64,000 nt of DNA from Eledone cirrhosa (lineage: Eukaryota). Position numbers and translations under genes: made by a program. Below, one piece after another: positions 40,635 to 54,029 of the stretch (its first letter is position 1; every line of letters starts with the position of its first letter). The stretch lies in contig OZ024740.1 of the NCBI GenBank assembly GCA_964016885.1, positions 397,358,001-397,422,000 on the forward strand, in the 5' to 3' direction. Below the pieces are notes generated by a model. It did not search any database. It worked only from the letters and a program-made list of their open reading frames with translations, and had not been told where the DNA came from.

Positions 40635-41265
40635 AAATTAGGATTGGTGCTCTGAAATAGCGATGTATACATGAATGTATGTATAGTATATTTGATAATA
40701 TACTGTATGTTTAATTAAAAACATTTTGAAGACCTCACACTATTATTTCAAATTAGTGACTATGTCACTTACTTCTTTTTTCAGCAAAGGAAGGGAGAGA
40801 AACTGACAGATCTGTTTCACACTGATGGTGGAGCAACGTACTCGCCGACCTCTGCTGAAAATTATAGAGGCTGGATTCTTATAGAATCAGGAATTGATTA
40901 TACAGAGCGAGTGCCGGTCCAGCAAAAATTAAAAATTAGGATTGGTGCTCTGAAATAGCGATGTATACATGAATGTATGTATAGTAAGTTTTGCTGGACC
41001 GGCAATCGCTCTGTATAATCAGTTCCTGATTATTACTGGAATTCTATAAGAATCCAGCCTCTATAATTTTCGGCAGAGTTCAGCGAGTACGTTGCTCTAA
41101 AGAACACCAACAGTGTGAAACAGATCTGTCAGCTTCTCTCCCTTCCTTTGCTGAAAAAAGAAGTAAGTGGCATAGTCACTACTTTAAAATAATAGCGCTA
41201 GGTCTTCAATATGTTTTTAATTAAACATACAGTATATTACCAAATATACTATACATACATTCATA
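40635..41265. mobile_element. Family G fold-back mini-element with 298-bp tandem unit
   Basis: 40635-40686 repeats at 40933-40985. 40989-41265 is the reverse complement of 40670-40927; (TA)n flanks. Confidence 0.85.
41094..41133 (+). ncRNA. Mutated type-I hammerhead, family G
   Basis: GCT-CTAAAGA-ACACCAACAGTGT-GAAA-CAGATCTG-TC-AGC. G5A in the core; the opposite arm has the core deleted. Confidence 0.6.
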
Positions 41266-41424
41266 TATATATATATATATATATATATTGTCTTGGTTAA
41301 TTCAGATAATTGATATTGGTCTTATGCTTTGAAACTGCAGTAAGGGAATTGTGATGTGAGTATTTATTCTTCTCTCAATTTATTTTATAAACATCTCTCA
41401 TTTTATGAATATATATATATATAT

Positions 41425-41476
<52 letters not shown>

Positions 41477-41530
41477 TTGGTGTGGGATGCTTAAATCGTC
41501 TGTTTGTGGTAGGCCGTTTGAGCAGTCCTT

Positions 41531-41588
<58 letters not shown>

Positions 41589-42171
41589 CGTACGTGTGTG
41601 TGTGTGTGTGCATGTGTGCATGTGTGCATGTGTGTTTAATAAATTGATATTGCCTAGCTATATACAATGTATAGATCATATTTTAATGGATATTTAGTTG
41701 AGTAGAATGATGATGGTAATTAGCTGAAATATTTATAGTGAACAGATTGCTTGGTTTGGTGTATGAGTGTGTATATAATACAGAATTCTGACATTCAGTT
41801 GTGAGTAAATAAGTTTCCTTCTAACTAAATCTGCAAGATGCTATCTTCTCTTATATTTCCCACTAAAGCTCTGAAGGAAAGCATAAATATCACAATCTCA
41901 TTTTCCCTGTTGTAAAAATCATACACCTCGTACAGATGTAGGAAGCAATTTTATAGAATGCATTCAAAAATAAGTGCAGTCAAATATATATAAAAGTATA
42001 AAGAAGGATAATTAATCTAATATATGCAGCAGTAAAGCATAAATCATGACTGACTGAAATAAATGAGTATATACATATATATTAAACATATACGTATATA
42101 TATATTTACACATATATACATATATATATATGCATACACACACACACATATATATAAATATATATATATAT

Positions 42172-42259
<88 letters not shown>

Positions 42260-42952
42260 GGGGGGGGGGGGGTGTATATATATATATATATATATATATA
42301 CATAAAATAACAGAATTGCCTGCTTGATAGTTAATTAAAGATGCAGTATGAGCATAATGAAATTTCTCGGACATATAATTAACTGCATTTTGAGGAAGTA
42401 TATAATTAAAAGACACAAACGAAATGTGTATATGTATGTGTGTGTATGTGAGAGAGGGGGGAGAAAGAGAGAGAGTGAGAGAGGAGACAGAGAGAGGAGG
42501 GAGTTCAATATTCACAGAAAATCAGTACCAGGAGAATTCTAAAACTGTCAAAATAAATAAATAATGGTTCCACACATGAAATTTTGTCGAGCAATAGACT
42601 TATGTATGTTTACATATACACATGCATACACACACACAAACACACAAATATGCACATATACATATGTGTGCACATATAGAGATAAACATACATGTGTGCA
42701 TGAACTTATGCTATAGGAATATAGAGTATATAGCATACAATCTATCTATATATATATATGTATATTAGACAGTATATAATAGTATATATGTATAATATAT
42801 TACAAAATAATATACATAAATAATAGACCCGGATATGTACATTCAAATATATATATGCATACATATATACATACATATATACACACACATACACACAAAC
42901 GCACACACACACAAACACACAAACACACATACACACATACACACATGCATAC

Positions 42953-44900
42953 ATCATCATCATCATCGTTTAACGTCCATATTCCACGCTTGCATGGGTT
43001 TGGACGGGAGTTTTCCCACTTGAGGCAAGAGTGGTTGTCTTGCTAGCATAGGACTGTCTGGCGGGTTTTCTACGGCTGGATGCCCTTCCTAACACCAACC
43101 ACATTTACAGTGTGGAACTGGGAGGTTTTTACCGTGTTACCTATACGGCCACATTACAGCGTGGACTGTGTGTTTTTTGTTGTGACACCTACACGACCTC
43201 ATTTGTTTCGGGCTGGATGTTGTGGTACCAACATAACTTTACATTGAAAGGGGTGGTGTGGATGGGGTGGGGTAGTGGGACAGGGGTGTATTTTGTTAGA
43301 GGTGCCTACTGACTGTAGTTGGTTTCACTTTGTACTTAGGTAAGGCGGGTCTTCTCTATTACTGTGTAGCGCCAAAGATCTCGGTCCAGTGACATTGTCT
43401 TGGTGAGGTGTAAGTGTGTGAGGTCGGAATTTATCAAGTCGTCCCAGGTTTTTCTGGGTCTGCCTACTCCGTGGCTACCGTCTATTTTTATTGCCCTGCA
43501 CTTTTTTATACAGCTGTCGTTTTTCATGCGCATCACGTGACCATACCAACGTAGTCTTCTCTCGAGTAAACAACATCTGATCCCTCTTATTTCTAATTTT
43601 TCCCTTAGTTCGTTTATGCTTTGCCGTTCACGTATATTACTATTACGCATCCAGCGGAGCATTCAAGCTTCATTCCTCTCCAGTCTGCATATATCCTCTG
43701 CACACAATGCCCAGGTCCCACTGCCATGTAACATTGCTGTTCGTATGCAGGCATTATACAGTCTGCCTTTCATTTTTAGAGAGAAACCTTTAGCGGCTAA
43801 TAGTGGTATAAGTTCTCTGAACTTTTTCCATCCAGTTCTGACTCTAGCTACTGTACTTTCAGAGCCCCCTCACCCACTGCTGATTCTGTCACCCAGGTAA
43901 CGGAAGCTGTCCACTATTTCTATAGAACCATCTGTGCAATGGAATGAGCTAGTATTCTGCAGGCACTTGCTGCTACTTATTGCACCAGAGCACCGGCCAC
44001 ATATAAAATCTATGTTCTTAGTTAGCTTACCTGTGATCCCACTACATCTTTTATGCACCCATACTTTGCATTTGGGACATAAAATGGAGTTTCTACCAAC
44101 TCCTTTCCTACACATTGAGCATGGCCATTTGCCGGATGGGACCGGTGCCCTATTTTCCTTCCTACAAACTAGAACTTTAGTCTTAGACAGGTTAATTTTA
44201 AGGCCTTTTGATTCTAGGCCATGCTTCCATGTTTGGAATTTCTTCTCTAGTTCGGCCATTGATCCAGCTATGAGTGTTAGATCATCTGCGTATAGGAGTT
44301 CCCATGGGCAGCCGGTCTTGAACTCCTCTGTTATAGCCTGAAGGGCAATAATAAATAAGAGGGGCTAAGGACAGAGCCTTGATGAACGCCAACTTTTACA
44401 CTAAATTCTTCACAATATTCATTGTTAATTCTAACCTTACTGACTGTTTCATTATACATAGCTTGTATAGCTCTCATAAGCCATTCATCAACACCTAGTT
44501 TTCTAAGAGCCCACCAGATAATGGAATGGGGGACTCTGTCGAAGGCTTTCTCCAAGTCGACAAAAGCTAAGTATAGGGGTTTACTTTTAGCTAGGTACTT
44601 CTGTAGTTGTCGTACAATGAAAAGAGCGTCTGTGGTACTTTTACCTGACACAAACCCGAACTGCATTTCATCTAGATCAATTCTCTCTCTGATTAGTTGG
44701 GCTATTACTTTTTCTGTGACCTTCATGACCTGGTCGATTAATTTAATGCCTCTATAGTTACCCCTATCTAGGGCATCTCCTTTACCCTTGTAGCAGTTAA
44801 TGATGATGCTGCTACGCCAGTCCTTCGGAACAACCCCATTCTGTATGATTTGGTTTACTATCCGGGTGACCATGGTGTGCCCCACCGCTCCAGAAGCTTT
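42953..44900 (-). mobile_element. 5'-truncated RTE LINE, copy 4
   Basis: ORFs 44331-44885, 43870-44259 and 43336-43662. (GAT)n tail; 5' end in (TA)n. Confidence 0.9.
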
Positions 44901-46797
44901 ATATATATATATATAGTCATTTATGTAAATAAATTACGGTGATTGCTATTTAAAAAGTAACACAAAGAAATTTATCTCACTTACATTTCACAGATAATTA
45001 CATATAAAGGTTTGAAGGTTTGAAGCTAACACACTGTTTATAAAAACTTATTTAAATTTTAACATATAAGAACAATGAAGTGGCAAAAGTAAATGCCTTG
45101 CAATATTCAGTTACATTCCTTTTCTAATTTGAGTTCTTATCTTGCTGAAATCAACTTGATCTTTCATGTCTTCAATTGCTAAAATAAGGACCAGTGAAGT
45201 AATGGAATCAATTCTATTAACTACATATACTTCTCACTGAAAATTTATTGATTTCTGCATATATTAGTGGTCAATCTGAGTTTAAATATTGCTAAGGTCA
45301 ACTTTGTCTTTTATCCTTCCAGCATTGGATAAGTACCAGTAAAGTATTAGCAGAGAAGGGCAATATAATTGACTCCCTATATACTGAGGCATTATGCCTA
45401 TGTTTGAAGGCTGTGGGTTTCAGAAATTGTATAAAGAAACATGATTATGAGTTGTTTGGTTAAAACACTTGACACCTCTCTCTTGTAATCTGTTCATATT
45501 TCATCAGGGGAAAAAACAGCTCCAATGTAAAGGAGTTTAACTTATTTTCAAAGAAAATATAAAGAGTTATATTAACAGTAATATATCAGAAACAAACACA
45601 GTATCATAGTTTTGGACAATACGACAATACTAATATTTAACGTTAGATTAAATACACAGATTTGTTTAAAAGAAAAAAATATGTAGTCAACTAAATCAAC
45701 TCAGTAAATTATATTACTGGTACCTGGGGAGATGAAAGGCAAACTCAACTTTAGCAGAACATAAAGGACTGTAACTACATCACAAAAGGTATTTCCTTAG
45801 GTACTGCTATTTCTGTTGTTCCCCAATCCATTTCTATAATTGTAGTGCAGCAATTTATTTTAGTGAATGGAGGCAAGAGTCAATATAACTGCCACAATTA
45901 CAAGTACTTATTTTATTGACACATGGAGAATGAAAAGTAAAGTTGACTACAGTAGAATTTGAACTGAGAATCTATATGGATGTGACAAAATATCATAAAA
46001 CTGTCTGCCAATTCTACCATCGAATGTCTGATAATACATTGATTAAATACAGCTGGAATTTTATATTATCTTTCATTTTTTGTGAAATTGCTAAAATATA
46101 TATCAGTAAATGTTATGGGATCAATTTCGAGGGGGTCTCATGAAGTAGAATAGCTAATACAGTGAGTATCACTGACTGTCCTTTGCAGCAATGCTTTCAC
46201 CATCTTGTCTGTGCGGCACAGTTGAGATATACTGTTTAGCCAGGGGTGTAATGTCTGTCTCTCCTTTTCCCTTCCCCTTTTTACATTATTTTTTCTCTCT
46301 TCCTGTTTGTTACCACATATTACTAATAAATTTATTAGACTATAACATTTCTTTTAAAATATTGGTTTTGTGAAAAAACATTAGTCTTATAATATTTTTA
46401 ATGTAAATAAGTTGATAAAAATCCATTTGGTTTGTTTATTTTACATTCTACAATGTATCTCTATCTTTACTTTACAGTTGATCCCTTTAGAGTTGATAAA
46501 ATAAGTGCTAGTAATACTTTGGATCAATTTCATTGAGCATAACCTGCTCCATAAAACTTTGATTTCTTGTATTATTAAAAGAAATATATTCAATTGTGTA
46601 TGATAATTATTAAAGAATTCTTCTTATAGGTCATTGTAGATGATGTTGATTTTCTTTTGCTATTCTACATTCAATTTTTCATTCTTTCATAAATGAAGCA
46701 ACTGTTTTACAGCTTTATTCCTATCTTATTGCTAACTACTCAACTAAAAGGTATGTGTGATACCCACAACTCCCCTCTCAGCTGTGCAGGGGGCAGT

Positions 46798-46843
46798 TGC
46801 CCATGGATTGTATTTTACTTAAGTAAAATACAATCCATGGGCA
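46798..46843. repeat. Perfect spacerless 46-bp palindrome
   Basis: TGCCCATGGATTGTATTTTACTT|AAGTAAAATACAATCCATGGGCA. Confidence 0.95.
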
Positions 46844-47039
46844 TATTATGTCTATTGTATTTAACCTTATAGAAAACAACTGATCAAGTCACTGCTGTGC
46901 TGGAGAACCAACCAAAAGGCTGTTGGTTTGTATCTTGTAACTATCATAACCTTACATTATGTCCATGACCAAGACACTTAACATTTAAATGATTCAGTCA
47001 TCTGAGCTGCAAATAAGTATGCCATTATGAACTTTGACA

Positions 47040-47660
47040 CGGGCATGACTGAGTGGTTAAAATGTTAACTTTGCAATCATGAGGTTCTGGGTTACAATCC
47101 CATCACATGGCATCTTGGGCAAGTGTTTTTGTTTTAACATAAACTTGTGTCAGCTCAAGTCTGTGAGTGAAAACTGATTAGATGAATATTGTGTGGAAGC
47201 TTGTTGGGTGAACTGTATTTATAATTTAAATGTCCAACTTTATGCTGATTTTATGCTTGAGAATTATGTTAAGGGTCATCATCATCATCATCATCATCGT
47301 TTAACGTCCATATTCCACGCTTGCATGGGTTTGGAAGGGAGTTTTCCCACTTGAGGCAAGAGTGGTTGTCTTGCTCGCATAGGACTGTCTGGCGGGTTTT
47401 CTACGGCTGGATGCCCTTCCTAACACCAACCATATTTACAGTGTGGAACTGGGAGGTGTTTACCGTGTTACCTACACGGCCACATTACAGCGTGGACTGT
47501 GTGTTTTTTTGTCGTGACACCTACACGACCTCATTTGTTTCGGGATGGATGTTGTGCTACCAAGGGTAAACATATCTATAGAATGTTAAGCCACCTGTAT
47601 GTTAACTTAACAATTAGCAAGTGCATTTGATTGGACAATTGAATGCGCATTACCAAAGCT
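47040..47660 (+). mobile_element. Decayed SINE interrupted by an RTE 3' end (47277-47560, minus strand)
   Basis: SINE head GGCATGACTGAGTGGTTAA...GGCATCTTGGGCAAGTG. AAGGGT appears on both sides of the RTE piece. Confidence 0.7.
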
Positions 47661-49790
47661 GATGGAGTATCTATCAGGTACCATATAAAAGAACAATTGA
47701 ATATTTAAGTAGCAACAGCACTATAAAACTGACAAGTAATTTGTCAGTTTGCTGTGTTGAGTCTGATTCATCATGTAACACTAAAGAAAGCAATGGGAAA
47801 GAAAAACTATTCAAGTAATTGGCTTCAAATCCCAGGCCCCTAATTGCTTTGTGACTGGATCCAGACAGCGGTTATGATAATGGACTGTATTTCTAGGCTG
47901 TGGTGTGAACAGTGAATTCTGCATTAATGTTATTGCACACATACATTCACTACCAGGTTAATATCTAAGTTATGAGTAATTTCTAAGTTGAAATCATGAT
48001 CCTTAAGTCATTAATTAACCTGCATATTGTCTGTAGGTGTCATGATTTATAATTATGTCATGATTCTCTTTCAGCAAAGCTAGCTATCCTTATATAAAGT
48101 AAATTAATTCATACACTCTGTGAAAGCAGTGAATAGATACGATTGTTAGAGCACCATATAGAATACATTGCAGTAATTGTATGGTTCCCTGTGCTCCACA
48201 TATAAATCCCACAAGGGTCAACTTCAGCTTTTATTCTTTCACAGTAGATAGATGAAATATAGGGTGATGAATTAGTGGGATTGTTAAAGTGTTGCACTGT
48301 GGCATCTGTTCCAGCTTTTCTGTTCTGAATTCAAACTCTCCCTGCAATCACCAGCCTCCACATAACAGGAAACGAGTCCTATAGAACATAACTAATAGTG
48401 ATAGGCCTTCAATGTCACCTGGTATGATACATCAATTGGAGCAACAATTTGGGCACATCAATAAAAACAAGTAGATCCTGTATAAAGTGTGGTAAATGCT
48501 AGGACAGGAAAAATGAAATTAAAAATTCATATGCCCTGTAGCAGCAATATCATTTTCTTTCCATAACAATTGCCAAATTATTCATTCTAGCTATTGACTG
48601 GTTTATTAGCAATATTATTGAGATAACATGTGTGATTCTAACTTCACTGAAGCTGAATGAGTTCAAAATTACAATTGTTCAGATAACACAAACTTGCTTT
48701 AGAGCATGGCTAGAAATATATCTGTATATCAAATTTAGTAGGCAAGGCTGTGAGGTTAAGAAGTTTACTTTACAATTACGCACTTTGGAGTTTGATCCTA
48801 CCGTGTAGTACCTTAGACAAGTAACTACTACTATATCTTTGGGTGAGTAAAAAAATTTGTGAGAGAAATTTAGTTGACAGAAATTGTGTGCAAGTCCATT
48901 GGAGGAGCCATTCCTGGTTTTGTGTGGTAGATTTAATTTATCACACAGTTTAACCCCAACACCAAGCCCTTTAATACATTTAATGGAGTTTGCTCTGATG
49001 TAAGATTCAGACCAGGTCTCTGGTCATAGGATAACTTCCTCACTTTGTCCCACTAGTCTCAGTGGGCATGGAATGAGTCATGAGAACTGCCTTTTCTCCT
49101 GTGAATAAGCCATTAAAGAAATGAATATGCTTAATTTTGTGTTATATAATCTTCCTTTTATATATGACATTATTCACTGACTTAGACAATTTATATGAAC
49201 AGAAGACAAAGAAAGAGAAATCCATATATTTTCTTCTTACTATTTTTTCTGTATTCATGGAGATATATCAAATTTTTAGCAGTTAAATAAGTAAAGAGTA
49301 ACACAATGATATTAATGGCAGATATATGAATATTTAGTTCATTTATTAAATTATTCCATTATATAATTGTTTTTATAGATATAGTTTGCTTAACAACATT
49401 ATGTAAATTTTATAATTGTCTGCATAATATTGTGACTCAAAGACAGACCCATCTCATTGTGTAATAATCATGTATTGCAACATCTGTTTATAGAAGTTTT
49501 AAAAATATATATAGTCTGACTGTCTATAACCTAAGCCAAATTACTTGAATTCATTGTAATGTCAAAATTATTTTCTTTATCCTTTCTAGTCCAATAGCTA
49601 CTATTGAACTCTTCAATACTACACCTAACTACAATTATACCTATTTCATTTTTATTAAGAGCAGTCATTTTCCCAGTTAATATCAGTGCCCTGTTCAATA
49701 AAATTGTATAAATAGAAGAATAGTAATTGTTTATATCTAGTTGCAGGAATTTGATATGTTCCTTATTATCTAATCTAACAAACCATTTAA

Positions 49791-50140
49791 TTATTCATCT
49801 GTATTACTCCATAAGTTTAGTTTAAGTTTACTCTTTTTCCAGCCTGTGGCATTTGAGACGTTTGGTGGAGTTAGATCACTGACAGTAAAGTTCTTGTCAT
49901 CACTGGTGGTTTGCCTTACTGAGTTGTCAGGTGATGCCATGAGGGTGCCTGGCTGTTTCAGCACCTTAACTTCACCATCACCTGGGGTAATGCTGCGAGC
50001 ATATTGGCTTGCCTCAAAATATTCCATTGACCTTGGTGATGTGCGATCAATTGTTGCACATGGTGGTGAATTGTTGGTCGTTTTTGTTTTTGTTTCCCTT
50101 TTTCTCTTGCTCTGGTCATATATTTTGATACAATATATTT
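49791..50140 (-). other. Possible coding remnant or terminal exon (S/T/P-rich)
   Basis: GC-richer, non-repetitive open frame of about 115 codons ending at 49791. The nearest good acceptor (about 50151) is not in this frame without a stop. Confidence 0.25.
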
Positions 50141-50419
50141 ATGAGGTTCCTAGCAATAATTAATTGTATTTGTTATATGTGTTTATATTTGTATTTATAT
50201 TTTCATTCTAAAAGAATTGTGAGCAATTTGTAATGTTATTTATATATTTATTTAAAACTTCTCCAACTGCTTCAGTGAAATGCCACTCATATGCAGAGTG
50301 CCCTGCACAGGCTTTTTTGATAGGATGAGTGTCTGTCTTCACAACTCTGACTGGCACCAAACCTATCCAGTGCAAATTAGAGATCACTTTCTGATGAGTT
50401 AAGAAGTATGTCATTTGTG

Positions 50420-50920
50420 AATTCCAGTCAACTTGAAACTACACCCACTGGTTTTGATATCCTTTCTAACTTGGTTACACTTATCAATCCTTTCCATGAT
50501 GATTATGAACAGGAGAGGTGACAATACACATGCCAAGTGGAGTCTGACAGCCAGATTGAATGGTTTCAACAGCACCATTTATACAAGCACAATTACTATA
50601 TATTTGGACTCCAAGGCAACAAGAAGCTGACCACTGATCTCATACTCCTGTAGAACCTTCCGAAATAAGTCCTGTGAAACATGCCCATATGCCTTTTCAA
50701 GATCCATGAAACAAGCATATACCTCAAGGCAATAGTCCCAGGATTTCTCAAAGACCTGCTGCAGTGTGAATATTTGGTCAGCTGTGCTACATCTGGGGTG
50801 AAAACCACAATGATTGTCAATTACCTTGAACTCAACAATATCCCTACATCTCTTGGCCAGACATTTAGCACAGACTTTACCAGGGAGGCTTAGCAAGGAG
50901 ATTCCATTATAATTAGAACA
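50420..50920 (-). mobile_element. RTE RT fragment
   Basis: ORF 50579-50896 'LLSLPGKV...STADQIFTLQQVFEKSW...FMDLEKAY'; same family as 7890-9095. Confidence 0.8.
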
Positions 50921-51927
50921 ATCTCCTGGAGTTTTCCTCTAATAATGTTTGAGACAAGCAAACACAATTGCAACATTGCTGTAGTGAAAGCAAGGCTATG
51001 ACTCTATAACCAAGCACCTTTATAGGTGTCACCTGATACATTGGTAAGACAAGCCACCAACAATGACAAGAACATCGTTGTCAACAGCCCAGCAACCATA
51101 AAATGTCATGATCACCACAAGTTGAAAATATAGTTTATTGACAATTACTGATATTGCAATGTTATGTAAGCATTTGTAAAATTTACATAATGTTGGTGAT
51201 CAAAACGACTGTGGAATGGAATAATTTAATAAATGAACTAAAATTTCATATATTTGTCATTGTTACACATATAGATAGATAGGTAAACAGTTAGATAGAT
51301 ATACTTAGATACATTCATACACATGCACACACTCACACATGTGAACATACACATTTACACTTACATAAAAACATACATACATACACACATACATACATAG
51401 GTGTTCAAATAAAAGATATATGTAGGAAGTTTTCAATCTGTTATAACATACAACATGAAAGATATCCAAGTACAGTTATGATATAGCAATTATATATGGC
51501 TGCTTGAAACATGTAAAATTAATTTGATGATTGGAGAATAAAGACAACATAGCAATAACATGAAATAACACAGGCACATACAAGCACACCTACATTTATT
51601 TATATATATATATATATCATCATCATCATCATCATCATCACCATTTTACGTCCGTTCTTCCATGCTAGCATGGGTTAGACGGGTTGTCCTGTTGTGGGCA
51701 GTGTCTGGTCGGCTGACCATGCCTTGCTCATATAGGAACTGATTTTAGCTTGATTTCTACAGCTAGATGCCCTTCCTAACACCAACCTCATTTACAGTGA
51801 GTGCTGGGTGCTTTTTCCGTGGCGCCTACACGTCCACTTTACAGTGTGGGCTGGGTGCTTTTTTGCCTTGGCACCTCCACGACCACCTTGCAGTGGGAGG
51901 GTGTGGGGGCATGGGGGCATATATATA

Positions 51928-51956
<29 letters not shown>

Positions 51957-51959
<3 letters not shown>

Positions 51960-53100
51960 AGAGACGTAAGATAAGAAAATTATAAAATTAACTTACTTAC
52001 TAAAATATCACTTCCAACTAATTAGTTTCTGGAATGGAGTAGATACATCTTCCGAAGAAGGTGTTGAGAAACATCCCGTCATCAGGAAAGTCAATTCTCA
52101 TATAAGTTCCAGGCAAAGCGAGGACACTGGAAGCTTATTAAAAATAAATCAGTGAATAGGAAATAGCAAAGCGTGGACTTACTTCCTAGCCATTGAGAAA
52201 ATCACTGCCTCTGTGTCTGTGGCAAATTCAAAAAGAATCGAACACATGACAATGAGGTCAATCGGTGGAAAGTGGGTTGTTAATAAGACAGCGGCTAGCC
52301 TGCTACCGTAGCAGCAGTCATGGCCAGTATTGCTCAACAAATATTTTGGAGATAATAATAAAGAATTTATATCTAGTAACATATATATATACATACAAAT
52401 GCATATCGATACTAGCAAATATATAGGTTTTGTCTTAGTAACATTGTGGTTCAATGCATGGGGTTGCAGAACAATAATATAAGAGACGTAAGATAAGAAA
52501 ATTATAAAATTAACTTACTTACTAAAATATCACTTCCAACTAATTAGTTTCTGGAATGGAGTAGATACATCTTCCGAAGAAGGTGTAGAGAAACATCCCG
52601 TCATCAGGAAAGTCAATTCTCATATAAGTTCCAGGCAAAGCCGCTGTCTTATTAACAACCCACTTTCCACCGATTGACCTCGTTGTCACGTGTTCGATTC
52701 TTTTTGAATTTGCCACAGACACAGAGGCAGTGATTTTCTCAATGGCTAGGAAGTAAGTCCACGCTTTGCTATTTCCTATTCACTGATTTATTTTTAATAA
52801 GCTTCCAGTGTCCTCGCTTTGCCTGGAACTTATATGAGAATTGACTTTCCTGATGATGGGATGTTTCTCAACACCTTCTTCGGAAGATGTATCTACTCCA
52901 TTCCAGAAACTAATTAGTTGGAAGTGATATTTTAGTAAGTAAGTTAATTTTATAATTTTCTTATCTTACGTCTCTTATATTATTGTTCTGCAATCCCATG
53001 CATTGAACCACAATGTTATTAAGACAAAACCTATATATTTGCTAGCATCGATATGCATTTGTATGTATATATATGTTACTAGATATAAATTCTTTATTAT
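51957..53100 (-). mobile_element. Family H mini-element: 522-bp tandem unit plus inverted arm, three HHRs
   Basis: 51957-52119 repeats at offset 522. 52640-53100 is inverted. HHRs at 52010-52091 (-), 52532-52613 (-) and 52844-52925 (+). Confidence 0.9.
52844..52925 (+). ncRNA. Type-I hammerhead ribozyme, family H, extended stem II capped by a cUUCGg loop
   Basis: ACTTTC-CTGATGA-TGGGATG...CTTC(TTCG)GAAG...CATTCCA-GAAA-CTAATTAG-TT-GGAAGT. Confidence 0.85.
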
Positions 53101-53190
53101 TTATTATATATATATATATATATATATATCCCAAGGCTCTGATACCATCAACACTATAAACACAGAGCTGGCATATCTAAGAACTGACTA

Positions 53191-53246
53191 ACTGCCTGAT
53201 GAGGTCATTGTCATTCAATGGCTATCATTGAAATATATATAGCAGT
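53191..53246 (+). ncRNA. Type-I hammerhead ribozyme, family I (in a TA-flanked insert at 53129-53292)
   Basis: ACTGC-CTGATGA-GGTCATTGTCATTCAATGGCTATCATT-GAAA-TATATA-TA-GCAGT. Confidence 0.75.
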
Positions 53247-54029
53247 AAATAAAGGATTATGAGTTCATACAATTGACTTATGTTTCGTCACTATATATAT
53301 ATATATATATATAGTTATACTTGGGGAGGGTCATATTTGTGTAATATTGCCAGAATTAATAACAGAACACACTCACTGTTTGGTTGGTTTTCGCTTTTCG
53401 CTTTTCGCTTCTGTGTCTTTTATATCGGTAATCTAATTTATTCGGTCCTCAATGTTGCCATTGACTGACCAACGGTCAAAAATAATACAGATATAATATA
53501 GACACAAACACATATATATAGTTTATCAAAGTTCTTTCGTTGCACATCTGCAACATCGTCAGTGGTGCTATTGTTTCCTCCCGTTACATTGTATGTCTAC
53601 GCCATCTTTATTTAGTCTGTTTATATATTCTTTGTGCATGCGTTTGCGTGTGTGTATAGTGTTTTGTTTGATGTGTGTTCGTGATTGGGTGACTGTGTAT
53701 TGGTTAATGTATTCTATCTTTACTAGTGTGTGTTTATATGTGTTTGTTGTTATTGTGCTTGTGTATGTATTTATTTATTTATTTATCTATTTATTTATTT
53801 ATTTATATTTCTCTTAGGTCAGTGTTGTTTGTTTGGGTGTTGTTGTTATTCCATTCATTCTTTCTGTTTAGTCTTGGCCTTCTAAGTTCTATTTCACTGG
53901 CCTCTCTGATTTGCCTATCTGCTGGGTCATTTCTATGTTTAGATATTATTCTAATTTCTATGTTGTCTATGTTACCATCGTGTTGTTGTCTGGCATGTTC
54001 GTATAGTACTGACCCATTTTTTCGTCCTT

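Noticed and set aside
53135-53147. GGCTCTGATACCA, reverse complement of the plant tRNA-iMet PBS
   Set aside because: No LTRs or polypurine tract, animal context, and it is explained as a hairpin arm; probably chance.
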